Of a DNA stretch of 63,722 nt, positions 28,169-37,022 are shown piece after piece (the stretch's first letter is position 1; the number at the start of each line of letters is the position of its first letter). The stretch spans positions 1-63,722 of the forward strand of contig CAKZML010000025.1 in the NCBI GenBank assembly GCA_937128475.1, in the 5' to 3' direction. The DNA comes from an uncultured Chromatiales bacterium (lineage in GTDB: Bacteria; Pseudomonadota; Gammaproteobacteria; Steroidobacterales; BM003). Below the pieces are notes generated by a model. It was given only the letters and a program-made list of their open reading frames with translations, was not told where the DNA came from and ran no database searches. The translations under genes were made by a program, and so were the position numbers.

Positions 28169-29323
28169 TCAGGCGCCAGCTTCGGTCGTCATAATGTTGA
28201 AGACATCAGTAATGCAGGTCGGATTGCCAGGAGGGGGTACGTTGGACAGCAAAGAGGCGTCCGAGTCATGGTGATCCGGGTGATAGCCGTGCATGCCTGT
28301 GATCGGCTTGGTGCCCATGTGGCTGGGCAGGATGATCGTTCCCGCATCCAACAGGTAAATCATTTCTCCGTACTGGTCGCCTTCGAAGTCGCAACCGAGG
28401 GATACCAGCTCTTCTTTGCTTAGTATCTTTCCTTCCGGGCAGGCTTCCAGTGTTTTACGGATAGCTGCCTCAGATTCTGGGTTGTTGAACCAGAATCGGG
28501 CCATGGTAGAGTCGTACGTCGCAAGGTAGTCTCCTCCGAATTTATAAGGAAGCTCCTCGATTTTGCTCATGATGTCCACGTGCTTGGTGACAGTTGCCAT
28601 TCCGTGGTCGGAACAGACAAACAAACGAACTTCGTCGTAGTTTTCCCGGGCCGTGGCAAGCAGCTGTTGCATGCGTGGTTCGTACCAGGAAAGCTTTTCA
28701 TCAACCTTCTTGCTGTTTTTTCCAACCATGTGCAGAAGACTGTCCATGTCCGCCATGTACAGGAAGGCGAACTTGATATCACCCTGCTTGATGTCGGATT
28801 CGAGATGTTCAAGGTTGGCGCTTTCAGATTCGCGCCAGTTGGAAACGCTGTACGGGACTCCGGCAGTTTCCAGACGCTCAAAGATGTTTGCGCCACTGTT
28901 CATACCGCCAGCCTTGAACAGGTCTCGCTTTTCACAGTAGTCGAACTTGTCGATGTGCTTGAAAGGAATGTTGTAGAGCTGGAAATACCCTGTATAGCCA
29001 AACCATTTTGCCAGGTACTTGCTCAACTTCGAGCGGACTCTTCCCTTATCGAAAATGGACGAGGGCAGCAGTTTGAACCAGCGCAAGTGGTGAAAGGGGC
29101 GTTCCGCACCCGCCTTGTAAAAGAATGACCAGTGTTTGTGATCACGAGGCTGAAGCCCGGTCAGGATCGATGGTACACAGGCTGATGAAAACCCGAACAC
29201 CGAGCGCAGCGGCTGGCGATAAGTGAGTTCTTCCTCCATGAAGGAGCGGCCTTTCAGTACTTCCCAGCCGAGGGCATCAATAAAGGTGACGATGGAAAGC
29301 TGACGTGGTGACGAGCCTGACAT
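28169..29323 (-). CDS. Cytoplasmic alkaline-phosphatase-superfamily protein (type I phosphodiesterase / nucleotide pyrophosphatase-like)
   Basis: FIDALGWE...SACVPSILTG...CSDHGM...GMHGYHP matches the metal-ligand pattern of the AlkP superfamily. No signal peptide. Confidence 0.6.
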   Translation of the reverse strand: MSGSSPRQLSIVTFIDALGWEVLKGRSFMEEELTYRQPLRSVFGFSSACVPSILTGLQPRDHKHWSFFYKAGAERPFHHLRWFKLLPSSIFDKGRVRSKLSKYLAKWFGYTGYFQLYNIPFKHIDKFDYCEKRDLFKAGGMNSGANIFERLETAGVPYSVSNWRESESANLEHLESDIKQGDIKFAFLYMADMDSLLHMVGKNSKKVDEKLSWYEPRMQQLLATARENYDEVRLFVCSDHGMATVTKHVDIMSKIEELPYKFGGDYLATYDSTMARFWFNNPESEAAIRKTLEACPEGKILSKEELVSLGCDFEGDQYGEMIYLLDAGTIILPSHMGTKPITGMHGYHPDHHDSDASLLSNVPPPGNPTCITDVFNIMTTEAGA

Positions 29324-29346
29324 AATTTGATCTCCGTGAGAGCCTG

Positions 29347-29697
29347 TTAGGCTACCGTACTCTGGTTCAGGTGGTTAACTGCGGACGTTTTGTCGGCGAA
29401 CACTTCAAAGATGTGGTGCAGGCGGGTCAGTTCCACCAGGGCCCGTACCTGGGGCTGCAAGCCGAACAGGGCGGCATCACCATCCGCGTTGCGCGCAGCC
29501 TTATAGGCTGATACCAGGACGGATAATCCGCTGGAGTCGACGAAGTCCACTCTACTCATGTCGAGAGCGATCAATTTGCAGCCGCTATCCACGATGTCCC
29601 GGATGGCATGGCGATACTCGCCAGCGTCGGACATGGTCAATCTTTGGGGAAGGCCAATCACTTCAACGGCCCCGTGTTCTTCTCTGGTTATATTCAT
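29347..29697 (-). CDS. STAS-domain anti-sigma-factor-antagonist-like protein (SpoIIAA/SypA-like)
   Basis: LDMSRVDFVDSSGLSVLVSAYK carries the conserved phosphorylatable Ser context. The start is set at the ATG at 29697 (MNITREE). Confidence 0.8.
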   Translation of the reverse strand: MNITREEHGAVEVIGLPQRLTMSDAGEYRHAIRDIVDSGCKLIALDMSRVDFVDSSGLSVLVSAYKAARNADGDAALFGLQPQVRALVELTRLHHIFEVFADKTSAVNHLNQSTVA

Positions 29698-29763
29698 GTG
29701 TAATCTCCAGGTTGTCCACAAGTTGGTAATTTCTGGCTTGTTGCCTTGCCGCTTGTTTATTAA

Positions 29764-29779
29764 AGCAAGCAGTGTGCCA
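29764..29779 (-). promoter_or_regulatory. Sigma-54 -24/-12 promoter motif
   Basis: The minus strand reads TGGCAC-ACTGC-TTGCT, about 65 nt upstream of the STAS ATG. An AT-rich tract lies immediately upstream. Confidence 0.75.
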
Positions 29780-29896
29780 GTTTATACAAAATAAATAAAA
29801 ACAATAGGTTATGATTTTACTGTGAGCATCCAAAAGCCAATATGCAACGCCTACAGCAGGTTGGTTCAAAATCGTAATGTAATCATCAAGGTTGGC

Positions 29897-30304
29897 TTAT
29901 TGCTGAATGCGTTTTGACATGCAGAGGACGTTGGAAGAACCGGTTCGGGTCATGGATAGATCGTCCATCCAGGCGCGTATGATTGCGAGACCGCGTCCTC
30001 TTTCGCTATAGGGATCAGGCAGTTCGTCGCTGTTTGAGCAAGGTTCCCTGATTTCGGGTTCCCGACCCTCGTCAATGATCTCAATTTTAACTTGCTGGTT
30101 TTCTTCCCAGGCGCTCATCGTGACATTGCCTACCTGGCCCTCGTAGGCGTGCTCAATACTATTATTGATCGCCTCAACGACGCAGGTCTTGACCTTGAAG
30201 GCCTCAGTCTGGTCCAGTCCGAAACTGATGCAGGCTCGCTCGATCCAGTCCCCGGCCCTGGGGATATCGGCAGCCTCTAATTTGACAAGCATCATTTTCT
30301 TCAT
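29897..30304 (-). CDS. RsbW/SpoIIAB-like serine kinase (HATPase_c-type anti-sigma regulatory factor)
   Basis: EAINNSIEHAY...ERGRGLAIIRAWMDDL is the Bergerat-fold N and G boxes in a 135-aa protein. Confidence 0.75.
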   Translation of the reverse strand: MKKMMLVKLEAADIPRAGDWIERACISFGLDQTEAFKVKTCVVEAINNSIEHAYEGQVGNVTMSAWEENQQVKIEIIDEGREPEIREPCSNSDELPDPYSERGRGLAIIRAWMDDLSMTRTGSSNVLCMSKRIQQ

Positions 30305-31617
30305 TGTATTTCGGCCATTTTGCCCGACTTTGATGCGATGCGCTCAAGCCCCAACATGGACAAATCGTCCTCCATGGTTTCGCTTCCTGTCCAGTCCACG
30401 ACGTAGGATTCCAGGTTTTCCAGCCAATCCTGCAGCGGCAATTCGCGTTGTGTCACGGCCCGTCGGGAAAGAGATAGGAAGCCCAGTTGTTCTCCATTCT
30501 TATTCTCGGCTTCTATAGCACCGTCAGAGTACAGAAACAGACGGTCTCCGGGTTCCATGGAGAAATTCACGCTTTCGTAGCGGGAAAATTCCATGAGTCC
30601 CACCGGCAAACCGCCCTTGCCCAGGCGCTTTGCGGCGCCGCCGGGGGTAATGATCAGCGGATGTGGGTGCCCGGCCTGGCATAATTGTCCCTCGCCAGTC
30701 TTGCTGTTAAGGACGCCGTACACCATGGTGAAGTACTGGTCGCACTCCTCGTCGCTTTTGAAGTATTCGTTCAGTCGTTCCACGACCGTGTGGGCCGGGG
30801 ATGGTTTGCCGTTGGTGGTAAGAATTACCTTGGCTGCATTTGCAGAGAAGAGCAGGCGTGCCACAGAGAAGCTGTTCAGTGCAGCGACCACGCCGTGTCC
30901 GACAACATCCACATGGAAGAAGCCGATATCGCCTTCCTCGTTTAGCGGGATGCAGCCGAATACATCGCCTGCCAGATCTTCTGCGGTTCTCGCGATATGC
31001 CCCAGTCTGAATTCCCCAAGCACGCTGTTCTTGGGCGGCAGCATACGGGTTTGAAGTTTCGCTGCACTGGCCAGGTTATCCTTGATCCTGGATCCAGATT
31101 TCTCGCTGGCCTCCAGTTGCGCTCGCAAATCATTGTTAGAGCTTTCAAGCTTTGTCCTGCTTTTCAAGGCCCGCTTGCCTGCCGTTACCCGCGCGTTGAT
31201 CTCCTCGGCCATGTAGGGCTTGGTCAGGAAGTCATCAGCGCCCTCGCTCAGCCCCTTTGCCAGGTGTTGCTGCCGGTCTTCGCCGGTGACCAGGATAAAG
31301 TACACATCTGCGCCGTATGCGGTCTCGCGCAGTGCCTTGCACAATTCCAGTCCGCTCATGCCTGGCATATACCAGTCACTAATGATGATTCCCGGGTTGT
31401 AACGCTTTGCCATCTCAAGGGCTTCTTCGCCGTCAGAGGCGTAGATAGTAGTTAGTCCCAGGCGCTGCATTAGGAGCACCATCCTGAGTCGCTCTGACTC
31501 ATTGTCATCGACGATCAATATCATTTGATCGGCAGTGTTTTCGGTGTCGCGAAATACGTCTTTGGTCATCATGTTTGAACGACTGCTCATATAAAGTGTT
31601 TTGTTCCAAGTTGTCAC
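30301..31617 (-). CDS. Response regulator with a receiver domain plus a PP2C/SpoIIE phosphatase domain (RsbU-like)
   Basis: ILIVDDNESE...IIISDWYMPGMSG is the receiver. FFHVDVVGHGVVAA...LFLYSDGAIEA is PP2C. The start is uncertain: GTG at 31617, or an ATG at 31590. Confidence 0.8.
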   Translation of the reverse strand: MTTWNKTLYMSSRSNMMTKDVFRDTENTADQMILIVDDNESERLRMVLLMQRLGLTTIYASDGEEALEMAKRYNPGIIISDWYMPGMSGLELCKALRETAYGADVYFILVTGEDRQQHLAKGLSEGADDFLTKPYMAEEINARVTAGKRALKSRTKLESSNNDLRAQLEASEKSGSRIKDNLASAAKLQTRMLPPKNSVLGEFRLGHIARTAEDLAGDVFGCIPLNEEGDIGFFHVDVVGHGVVAALNSFSVARLLFSANAAKVILTTNGKPSPAHTVVERLNEYFKSDEECDQYFTMVYGVLNSKTGEGQLCQAGHPHPLIITPGGAAKRLGKGGLPVGLMEFSRYESVNFSMEPGDRLFLYSDGAIEAENKNGEQLGFLSLSRRAVTQRELPLQDWLENLESYVVDWTGSETMEDDLSMLGLERIASKSGKMAEIQ

Positions 31618-31655
31618 GGTTAAGTAACAATCAAATATCTACATGTGTGGTACTA

Positions 31656-31671
31656 AGCAAAAGCCGTGCCA
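31656..31671 (-). promoter_or_regulatory. Sigma-54 -24/-12 promoter motif
   Basis: The minus strand reads TGGCAC-GGCTT-TTGCT, just upstream of the REC-PP2C gene. Confidence 0.75.
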
Positions 31672-31824
31672 ACCGACAGAACTGCTTGGTTTTGCGATTC
31701 CGCGGCCTGAGACAGTGGTTGGAATCGCATTTTGCGACTTTGGCCTTGTCGTTTTGCCACTATTGATGAGTAATGCTCCCTCCCTCCTGCCCATAGTGTT
31801 GTCCCCGCGCGGGGTTCCGGCTTT

Positions 31825-31840
31825 TGGCACACAACTTGCT
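31825..31840 (+). promoter_or_regulatory. Sigma-54 -24/-12 promoter motif
   Basis: TGGCAC-ACAAC-TTGCT, divergent from the motif at 31656-31671 and upstream of the small ORF and hybrid kinase genes. Confidence 0.75.
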
Positions 31841-31919
31841 GGCATTGCAGGTAGTGTCAAAACAGGGGCTGATATAACGTGATTCGATCGCCAATCTTCC
31901 AGAGCCAGGGCAGGCTGGG

Positions 31920-32279
31920 GTGTGCAGTGATGTGCCATCGTTGCAACCTGGAGCGCCGGCAGTGAGTATCCGCCGCTACCTGCTCGGATTAGCCGTCATC
32001 CTCCTGTTCGGTGGATTGGCCGTGATTAATTCTACCCAGAACAGTCAGGAAAGCTATCTCGTTCGCCAGGAGGCGTTGATGAATCAGGGCGAGTTATTTC
32101 TGCAGGTCCCGGTAGTGGCCTTGAGTGAAAATGTCGATGAGTTATTACAGTTTGAGACAAGGAAGAGCAACTTTGATGCCTGGCTCTCAAAGCCATTAAA
32201 TGCACAGGAACTGATAAACATCATAGAGAAATGGCGCCATCTCAAACACAGTTTTGTGGTGAGGCGCCTGGTTTCGTGA
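31920..32279 (+). CDS. Small single-TM protein whose C-terminus resembles the last third of a receiver domain (possible remnant)
   Basis: The likely start is the GTG at 31962 (MSIRRYLLGLAVILLFGGLAVIN, a TM segment). The tail VPVVALSEN...FDAWLSKPLNAQELINIIEKW parallels IPIIALTAH...[21 protein letters not shown] in the adjacent kinase. Confidence 0.4.
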   Translation: MCSDVPSLQPGAPAVSIRRYLLGLAVILLFGGLAVINSTQNSQESYLVRQEALMNQGELFLQVPVVALSENVDELLQFETRKSNFDAWLSKPLNAQELINIIEKWRHLKHSFVVRRLVS

Positions 32280-32441
32280 CTTTCGGGATTGCTGAGGCAT
32301 TGACTGCAAACTGAATTATTCACACCAGATGTAGATAAATAGGGTTGAGTTGGGTGGACCAAAAATTAGCTAAGACGGCCCGCGGCGAATCAGGTTTCGA
32401 TTCCCCGGGGCTGTGGTTTTTCGAATTGGCGGAGGTAAGCC

Positions 32442-35306
32442 GTGAGCGATGAAAATGGCCTGGTAGTTTGTGACGAATTGTTATCGATTGTTCTATCGGT
32501 GCAGCGAGAATTTATAGTGTCGCAAGATGCCGTTAGCGCCATACGCATGTTGAACCAGGCGGTGACATCCATCACGGGCAGTTCTGCTGCGTTTTTATGC
32601 CATCTGGAAGATGACTCCGAAGGCCTGACTCGTTTGAAGCTTTTTGATGCTGTTCACGGGACATCGGACAGCCGATCACTCGGTAGAAAATTAGGTTTTT
32701 ACAGTGCCGGCCTGCCGTTGACGGACATACCGTTGCCAGTCACTGAAGTACTGAAATCCGGGATTATCAAGTATCTGAATGATCCCGAAGAAATACGTGC
32801 GGCAGGGCTGATGCCGGGCATAGAGGAGTGTCAGTCCTGGGCCGCGATTCCCCTGGCGCCGGGTGGAAACACAATTGGCGTAATGATTATTGCCGACAAG
32901 CAAGGTGGCTACGACACTGAGATGCTTGAAAAGCTAAGGCCGCTTTTTCGGGTGGCAGGTCATTTTCTGCTGGCCTACCGGGAGCGAGAGGAGAGTTATC
33001 AAGTTGAGAAATCCCACGCTTTCTACAGGAATCTTTATGACTCGCTGCTGGAGCACTCTCTAGATTGCATAGTGAGCATGACATCTGACGGCAACGTCGT
33101 GGAGTGGAATCCGGCGGCAGAAGCGACATTCGGCTGGACCAGGGACGAGGTGATGGGTAGGACATTGTCCGAAATGATCGTTCCGCACGGGATGAGAAAA
33201 GCACACGGTGATGGCCTTGCTAAATACCTGGAGACCGGCGAAGGCCCCGTGATCGACCAGCGAATTGAGGTTCCTGCGTTGCGCAAGGATGGTGTCGAGA
33301 TTCCCGTTGAGTTAGCCATTATGGCTTCTCAGTTGGATAAAGGCGTGTTGTTTACGGCGCACATCCGGGATGTCACCGCGGCACGCGCGTTTAAGAATGC
33401 CATCCAGGAAGCAAGAGATGCGGCCGAGGCATCCAACAAGGCCAAGACTAATTTTGTGGCCACAGTCAGCCATGAAATCCGGACCCCGATCAACGCAATC
33501 ATGGGTGCAATGGGATTGCTCGAGTCATTGGATCTCGATAGCCGTAATCGAGCGATTCTGAATACCGCAAAGCATTCCGCGGAGGCATTGTTGAGCCTGG
33601 TGAATGACGTTCTGGATTTTGCCCGGATTGAGTCAGGAAAGCTGGATATTGAATTGGCCCCGGTCCGATTAAGCGAGATGTGTGACGGGGTTACCCAGTT
33701 ATTTACAAACCGCGCCCAGTCTGGCGGGACGAAGTTGGCAAGCGTTATTCACCAGGGGCTTAATGGTGAACTCTTGCTCGACTCGGGCAAGCTCAGGCAG
33801 GTTCTTCTTAACCTGGTCGGCAATGCTGTCAAGTTTAGTGAGAAGGGCTCCGTGAGACTGGATGTCGGGTTAGAAAACGGTATGTTGAAGTTCGAGATCA
33901 GGGATACGGGAGTAGGAATTTCTGAGTCCGATCAGAAGGAGCTTTTCAAAGAGTTTGTGCAAGTTGGTACCCGGCGCGTGAGTGGGGGGACTGGACTTGG
34001 GTTAAATATTTCCAGGCGGTTGGTTGAATTCATGGGTGGCAAGATTGGGGTGGCCAGCGTCCCCGGCGGGGGAAGCAACTTCTGGTTTACCCTGCCGTTT
34101 GATTCCGAAGCCAGCCAGGACCCCGGTATTGAAGCCGAAGGCAAGACAATACTGCTTATTAACGAGGGCAATTTTTACATCCGTGCGATAGCGGACCAGT
34201 TGCGGGCCCTGGGTATCAATGTAAGGGTGGCGCGAGATTTTTCGCGTGCCAGGGAAATGCTTTATCAAGGCAGCCCGGTGAGCCTGGTCGTATTGCCGCT
34301 TGAGGAAGGCTCAGGGGATTATTCGATTGACGCTGTCCGGGCTATTACTCGGGTTTGCCAAGAGGCGCATATACCGGCACTGGCCATGTCGGAAAAGGCC
34401 AATGCCACGGACGAGTTGCTGGGTCACAGTATTGGTGTAGCGGCGATAATAGACGCGCCACTATTGCACGAAGATATCAAAGCCATCATTTCCAGCGCGG
34501 ACTCTGGCCCCCAGGATGTTGAGAAAACCTGGTCAATGCGTATGGACGTGAGTGCCCCTGGTAAGAAGTTCATTCGCGTATTGTTGGCTGAAGACAGCCA
34601 GGCTAATAGCCTGGTGATGTCAGAACTGCTTCGTCGCGCCGGCTATGAGGTGGATGTGGTTGGTGACGGGAAAGAGGCTGTAACCGCGGTGAAAACACTT
34701 CCCTATGACGTGGTTTTGATGGACGTGGATATGCCCATAATGGACGGGCTGGACGCCACTCGTGCAATCCGCAAACTGGGTGGTGAGATGGCGAAAATTC
34801 CTATCATCGCACTGACTGCGCATGTGGTAACCGGGTTTAAGGAGGTCGTGCTGAAAAGTGGCATGGACGATTACCTGAGCAAGCCTGTGGATAATAAGTT
34901 GATGAATCAAATGATTGATTTATGGGCATCAAAACGCAAGGAGGGCATGGCTCCCCCTGACAATGATGGCCTGGTAGACGACAGTGTTCTCCAGCAACTT
35001 GCGATAGACACTTCTGAAGAAATGGTACCCCAGATGCTCAAGGTCTTTATCAATGAGTTGACGATGCGCAGTGAGCGTATTGCGGACGCGATAAAGCACC
35101 GGGATTTATCTGCTCTTGCCAAGGAGGCCCATGCGCTGAAGAGCAGTTCAGCGACTTTCGGCGCGGCGGCGATTGCCGAGCATGCCCGCAAGATGGATGA
35201 TGCCGCCAGGGAGGGTAGGGAGGAGCTCGCGCTGAAAAGCGCCAAGCTAGTTCTTAGCTTGATTGAGCCCACGGTAAATAGCTTGAACTCGCGTATCGAA
35301 GGCTGA
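32442..35306 (+). CDS. Soluble hybrid sensor histidine kinase: GAF, PAS, HisKA, HATPase_c, degenerate receiver, receiver, Hpt
   Basis: H-box [13 protein letters not shown]-boxes ([18 protein letters not shown]), true receiver (VLLAEDSQ...[13 protein letters not shown]...LSKP) and Hpt ([13 protein letters not shown]). No TM segments. GTG start preceded by GGAGG. Confidence 0.85.
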   Translation: MSDENGLVVCDELLSIVLSVQREFIVSQDAVSAIRMLNQAVTSITGSSAAFLCHLEDDSEGLTRLKLFDAVHGTSDSRSLGRKLGFYSAGLPLTDIPLPVTEVLKSGIIKYLNDPEEIRAAGLMPGIEECQSWAAIPLAPGGNTIGVMIIADKQGGYDTEMLEKLRPLFRVAGHFLLAYREREESYQVEKSHAFYRNLYDSLLEHSLDCIVSMTSDGNVVEWNPAAEATFGWTRDEVMGRTLSEMIVPHGMRKAHGDGLAKYLETGEGPVIDQRIEVPALRKDGVEIPVELAIMASQLDKGVLFTAHIRDVTAARAFKNAIQEARDAAEASNKAKTNFVATVSHEIRTPINAIMGAMGLLESLDLDSRNRAILNTAKHSAEALLSLVNDVLDFARIESGKLDIELAPVRLSEMCDGVTQLFTNRAQSGGTKLASVIHQGLNGELLLDSGKLRQVLLNLVGNAVKFSEKGSVRLDVGLENGMLKFEIRDTGVGISESDQKELFKEFVQVGTRRVSGGTGLGLNISRRLVEFMGGKIGVASVPGGGSNFWFTLPFDSEASQDPGIEAEGKTILLINEGNFYIRAIADQLRALGINVRVARDFSRAREMLYQGSPVSLVVLPLEEGSGDYSIDAVRAITRVCQEAHIPALAMSEKANATDELLGHSIGVAAIIDAPLLHEDIKAIISSADSGPQDVEKTWSMRMDVSAPGKKFIRVLLAEDSQANSLVMSELLRRAGYEVDVVGDGKEAVTAVKTLPYDVVLMDVDMPIMDGLDATRAIRKLGGEMAKIPIIALTAHVVTGFKEVVLKSGMDDYLSKPVDNKLMNQMIDLWASKRKEGMAPPDNDGLVDDSVLQQLAIDTSEEMVPQMLKVFINELTMRSERIADAIKHRDLSALAKEAHALKSSSATFGAAAIAEHARKMDDAAREGREELALKSAKLVLSLIEPTVNSLNSRIEG

Positions 35307-35673
35307 CTTGCTGATGCTATTGTTACCCGAGCCAGAAGATTGGCTGGTTAACGTGGGTTTCGATCTTGGTGAGTTATGAGTGATGCGCCCATGCGTTTGG
35401 CATTAATCGTATAAGATAGTGATTCTCAGGCGGTGGCTTTCAGGGCCTATCTCGAAAGGGATGGCGCCCCGGCAGATAGCTTGAACTCGCGTATCGAAGG
35501 CTGACTTGCTGATACTATTGTTACCCGAGCCAGAAGATTGGCTGGTTAACGTGGCTTTCGATCTTGGTGAGTTATGAGTGAAGCGCCGATGCGATCGGTA
35601 CTAATCGTAGAAGATAGTGATTCCCAGGCTGCGGCTTTCAGGGCCTATCTGGAAAGGGATGGCACAACGGTAG
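35278..35673 (+). repeat. Tandem duplication, 2 x 198 bp, spanning the kinase 3' end, the intergenic region and the regulator 5' end
   Basis: Unit 1 is 35278-35475 and unit 2 is 35476-35673. By eye I count about 17 mismatches, only 2 of them in the first ~98 nt. Unit 1 holds a decayed copy of the regulator start (ATG at 35376, MSDAPMRLALIV, stop). Confidence 0.9.
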
Positions 35674-36992
35674 ATCGCGTTTCCAGTGGCGAGGAAGCGT
35701 TGAATTACCTTGCCTGCAAGCTGCCGCAGGCTTTGTTGCTGGATCTCGAATTGCCAGGGATAAAAGGCATGGATGTCCTGAATCATGTCGTCAGGGAAGG
35801 GCTGCCGGTCCCCGTTATTGTCGTTACTGACCACAGTTCTACCGATGTGGTGGTCCAGGCCATGAAATCTGGCGCCTTCGATTTTCTCACCAAGCCGTTT
35901 CGCGCTGATCGCCTGAGGGTCACCCTGCAGAACGCCATTCGCCAGGAAGAACTTTCCGGCCTGGTAGACAGCTATAAAGAATTTGAACGGGAACGGTTTC
36001 ACGGGTTCATCGGCGCATCGGCGCAAATGCAGGCCCTGTATCGGATCATTGAGAACGTGTCCAGTTCCAAGGCCAGTGTCTTCATCAAGGGTGAAAGTGG
36101 CACGGGTAAAGAGTTGTGCGCCGAAGCCATTCACAGGGAAAGCCCGAGGCATGGTGGTCCTTTTATCCCTGTGAATTGTGCAGCCATTCCTCGGGAGCTA
36201 ATGGAGAGCGAGATATTCGGTCACGTTAAGGGTGCGTTTACCGGGGCGGTCAGGGCCCGGGATGGGGCGGCGACCCAGGCGGACGGCGGCACCTTGTTCC
36301 TGGACGAAGTCTGCGAGATGGACATGGACCTGCAGAGCAAGTTGCTGCGGTTCATCCAGACCGGGACGTTTCAGAAGGTCGGCGACAGCAAGCCCACAAC
36401 AGTGGATGTGCGTTTTGTCTGCGCGACCAACAAGGACCCATTAGTTGAGATTGCCAAGGGCCGATTCCGGGAAGACCTGTACTACCGCCTGCATGTGATT
36501 CCCGTGTCATTGCCGCCTTTGCGTGAGCGCGATGATGATCAGCTGCTGATTGCCCGTAACTTCCTGAAGCGTTATTCAGCGGAGGAAGGCAAGGACTTTG
36601 CTAGTTTCACACGCGAGGCGGAAGCCGTGCTGGCCAGCTATTCGTGGCCAGGAAATATTCGGGAGCTACAGAACCTGATCCGTCACACGGTGGTTCTGAA
36701 CAAGGGCGATGAGGTTACCCCGCAGATGCTTCCGTCTCCCTTGGCGGAGATGGCCGCTGCCATCCGGGCGGGGCAACCGCAAGAGCTTGCTGACCAATCC
36801 GAATCGGCACAGCGTGTTGTGCCGGCAGAGAGCGGCGATAGCGACCTGATCCGGCCCTTGTGGGAAGTCGAGCGAGACACGATTGAACGGGCTATCAGCC
36901 TGTGTGAAGACAATATTCCCAAGGCGGCCGCCTTGCTGGGTATCAGCGCCTCCACCATCTATCGGAAAAGAAAGAGCTGGGGCATCGAGTAA
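35574..36992 (+). CDS. Sigma-54-dependent enhancer-binding response regulator (NtrC/SypG-type: REC, AAA+, Fis-type HTH)
   Basis: Receiver (LLLDLELPG), Walker A GESGTGKE, the GAFTGA loop (KGAFTGAV) and a C-terminal HTH (AAALLGISASTIYRK). Confidence 0.9.
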   Translation: MSEAPMRSVLIVEDSDSQAAAFRAYLERDGTTVDRVSSGEEALNYLACKLPQALLLDLELPGIKGMDVLNHVVREGLPVPVIVVTDHSSTDVVVQAMKSGAFDFLTKPFRADRLRVTLQNAIRQEELSGLVDSYKEFERERFHGFIGASAQMQALYRIIENVSSSKASVFIKGESGTGKELCAEAIHRESPRHGGPFIPVNCAAIPRELMESEIFGHVKGAFTGAVRARDGAATQADGGTLFLDEVCEMDMDLQSKLLRFIQTGTFQKVGDSKPTTVDVRFVCATNKDPLVEIAKGRFREDLYYRLHVIPVSLPPLRERDDDQLLIARNFLKRYSAEEGKDFASFTREAEAVLASYSWPGNIRELQNLIRHTVVLNKGDEVTPQMLPSPLAEMAAAIRAGQPQELADQSESAQRVVPAESGDSDLIRPLWEVERDTIERAISLCEDNIPKAAALLGISASTIYRKRKSWGIE

Positions 36993-37022
36993 GTCTCTCG
37001 ACACCCCAGCTCTGGTTCTCGT

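Noticed and set aside
31719-31736. TTGGAATCGCATTTTGCG, a sigma-54 look-alike between the divergent signalling promoters
   Set aside because: The GG to GC spacing is 11 nt. It is more likely part of the candidate enhancer words than a promoter.
5327-36992. PEP-CTERM/exosortase system (EPS locus plus a sigma-54 regulator and kinase)
   Set aside because: There is no exosortase (EpsH-like) gene, no PEP-CTERM proteins, and the kinase is soluble. The STAS/kinase/PP2C content fits a syp-like system better.
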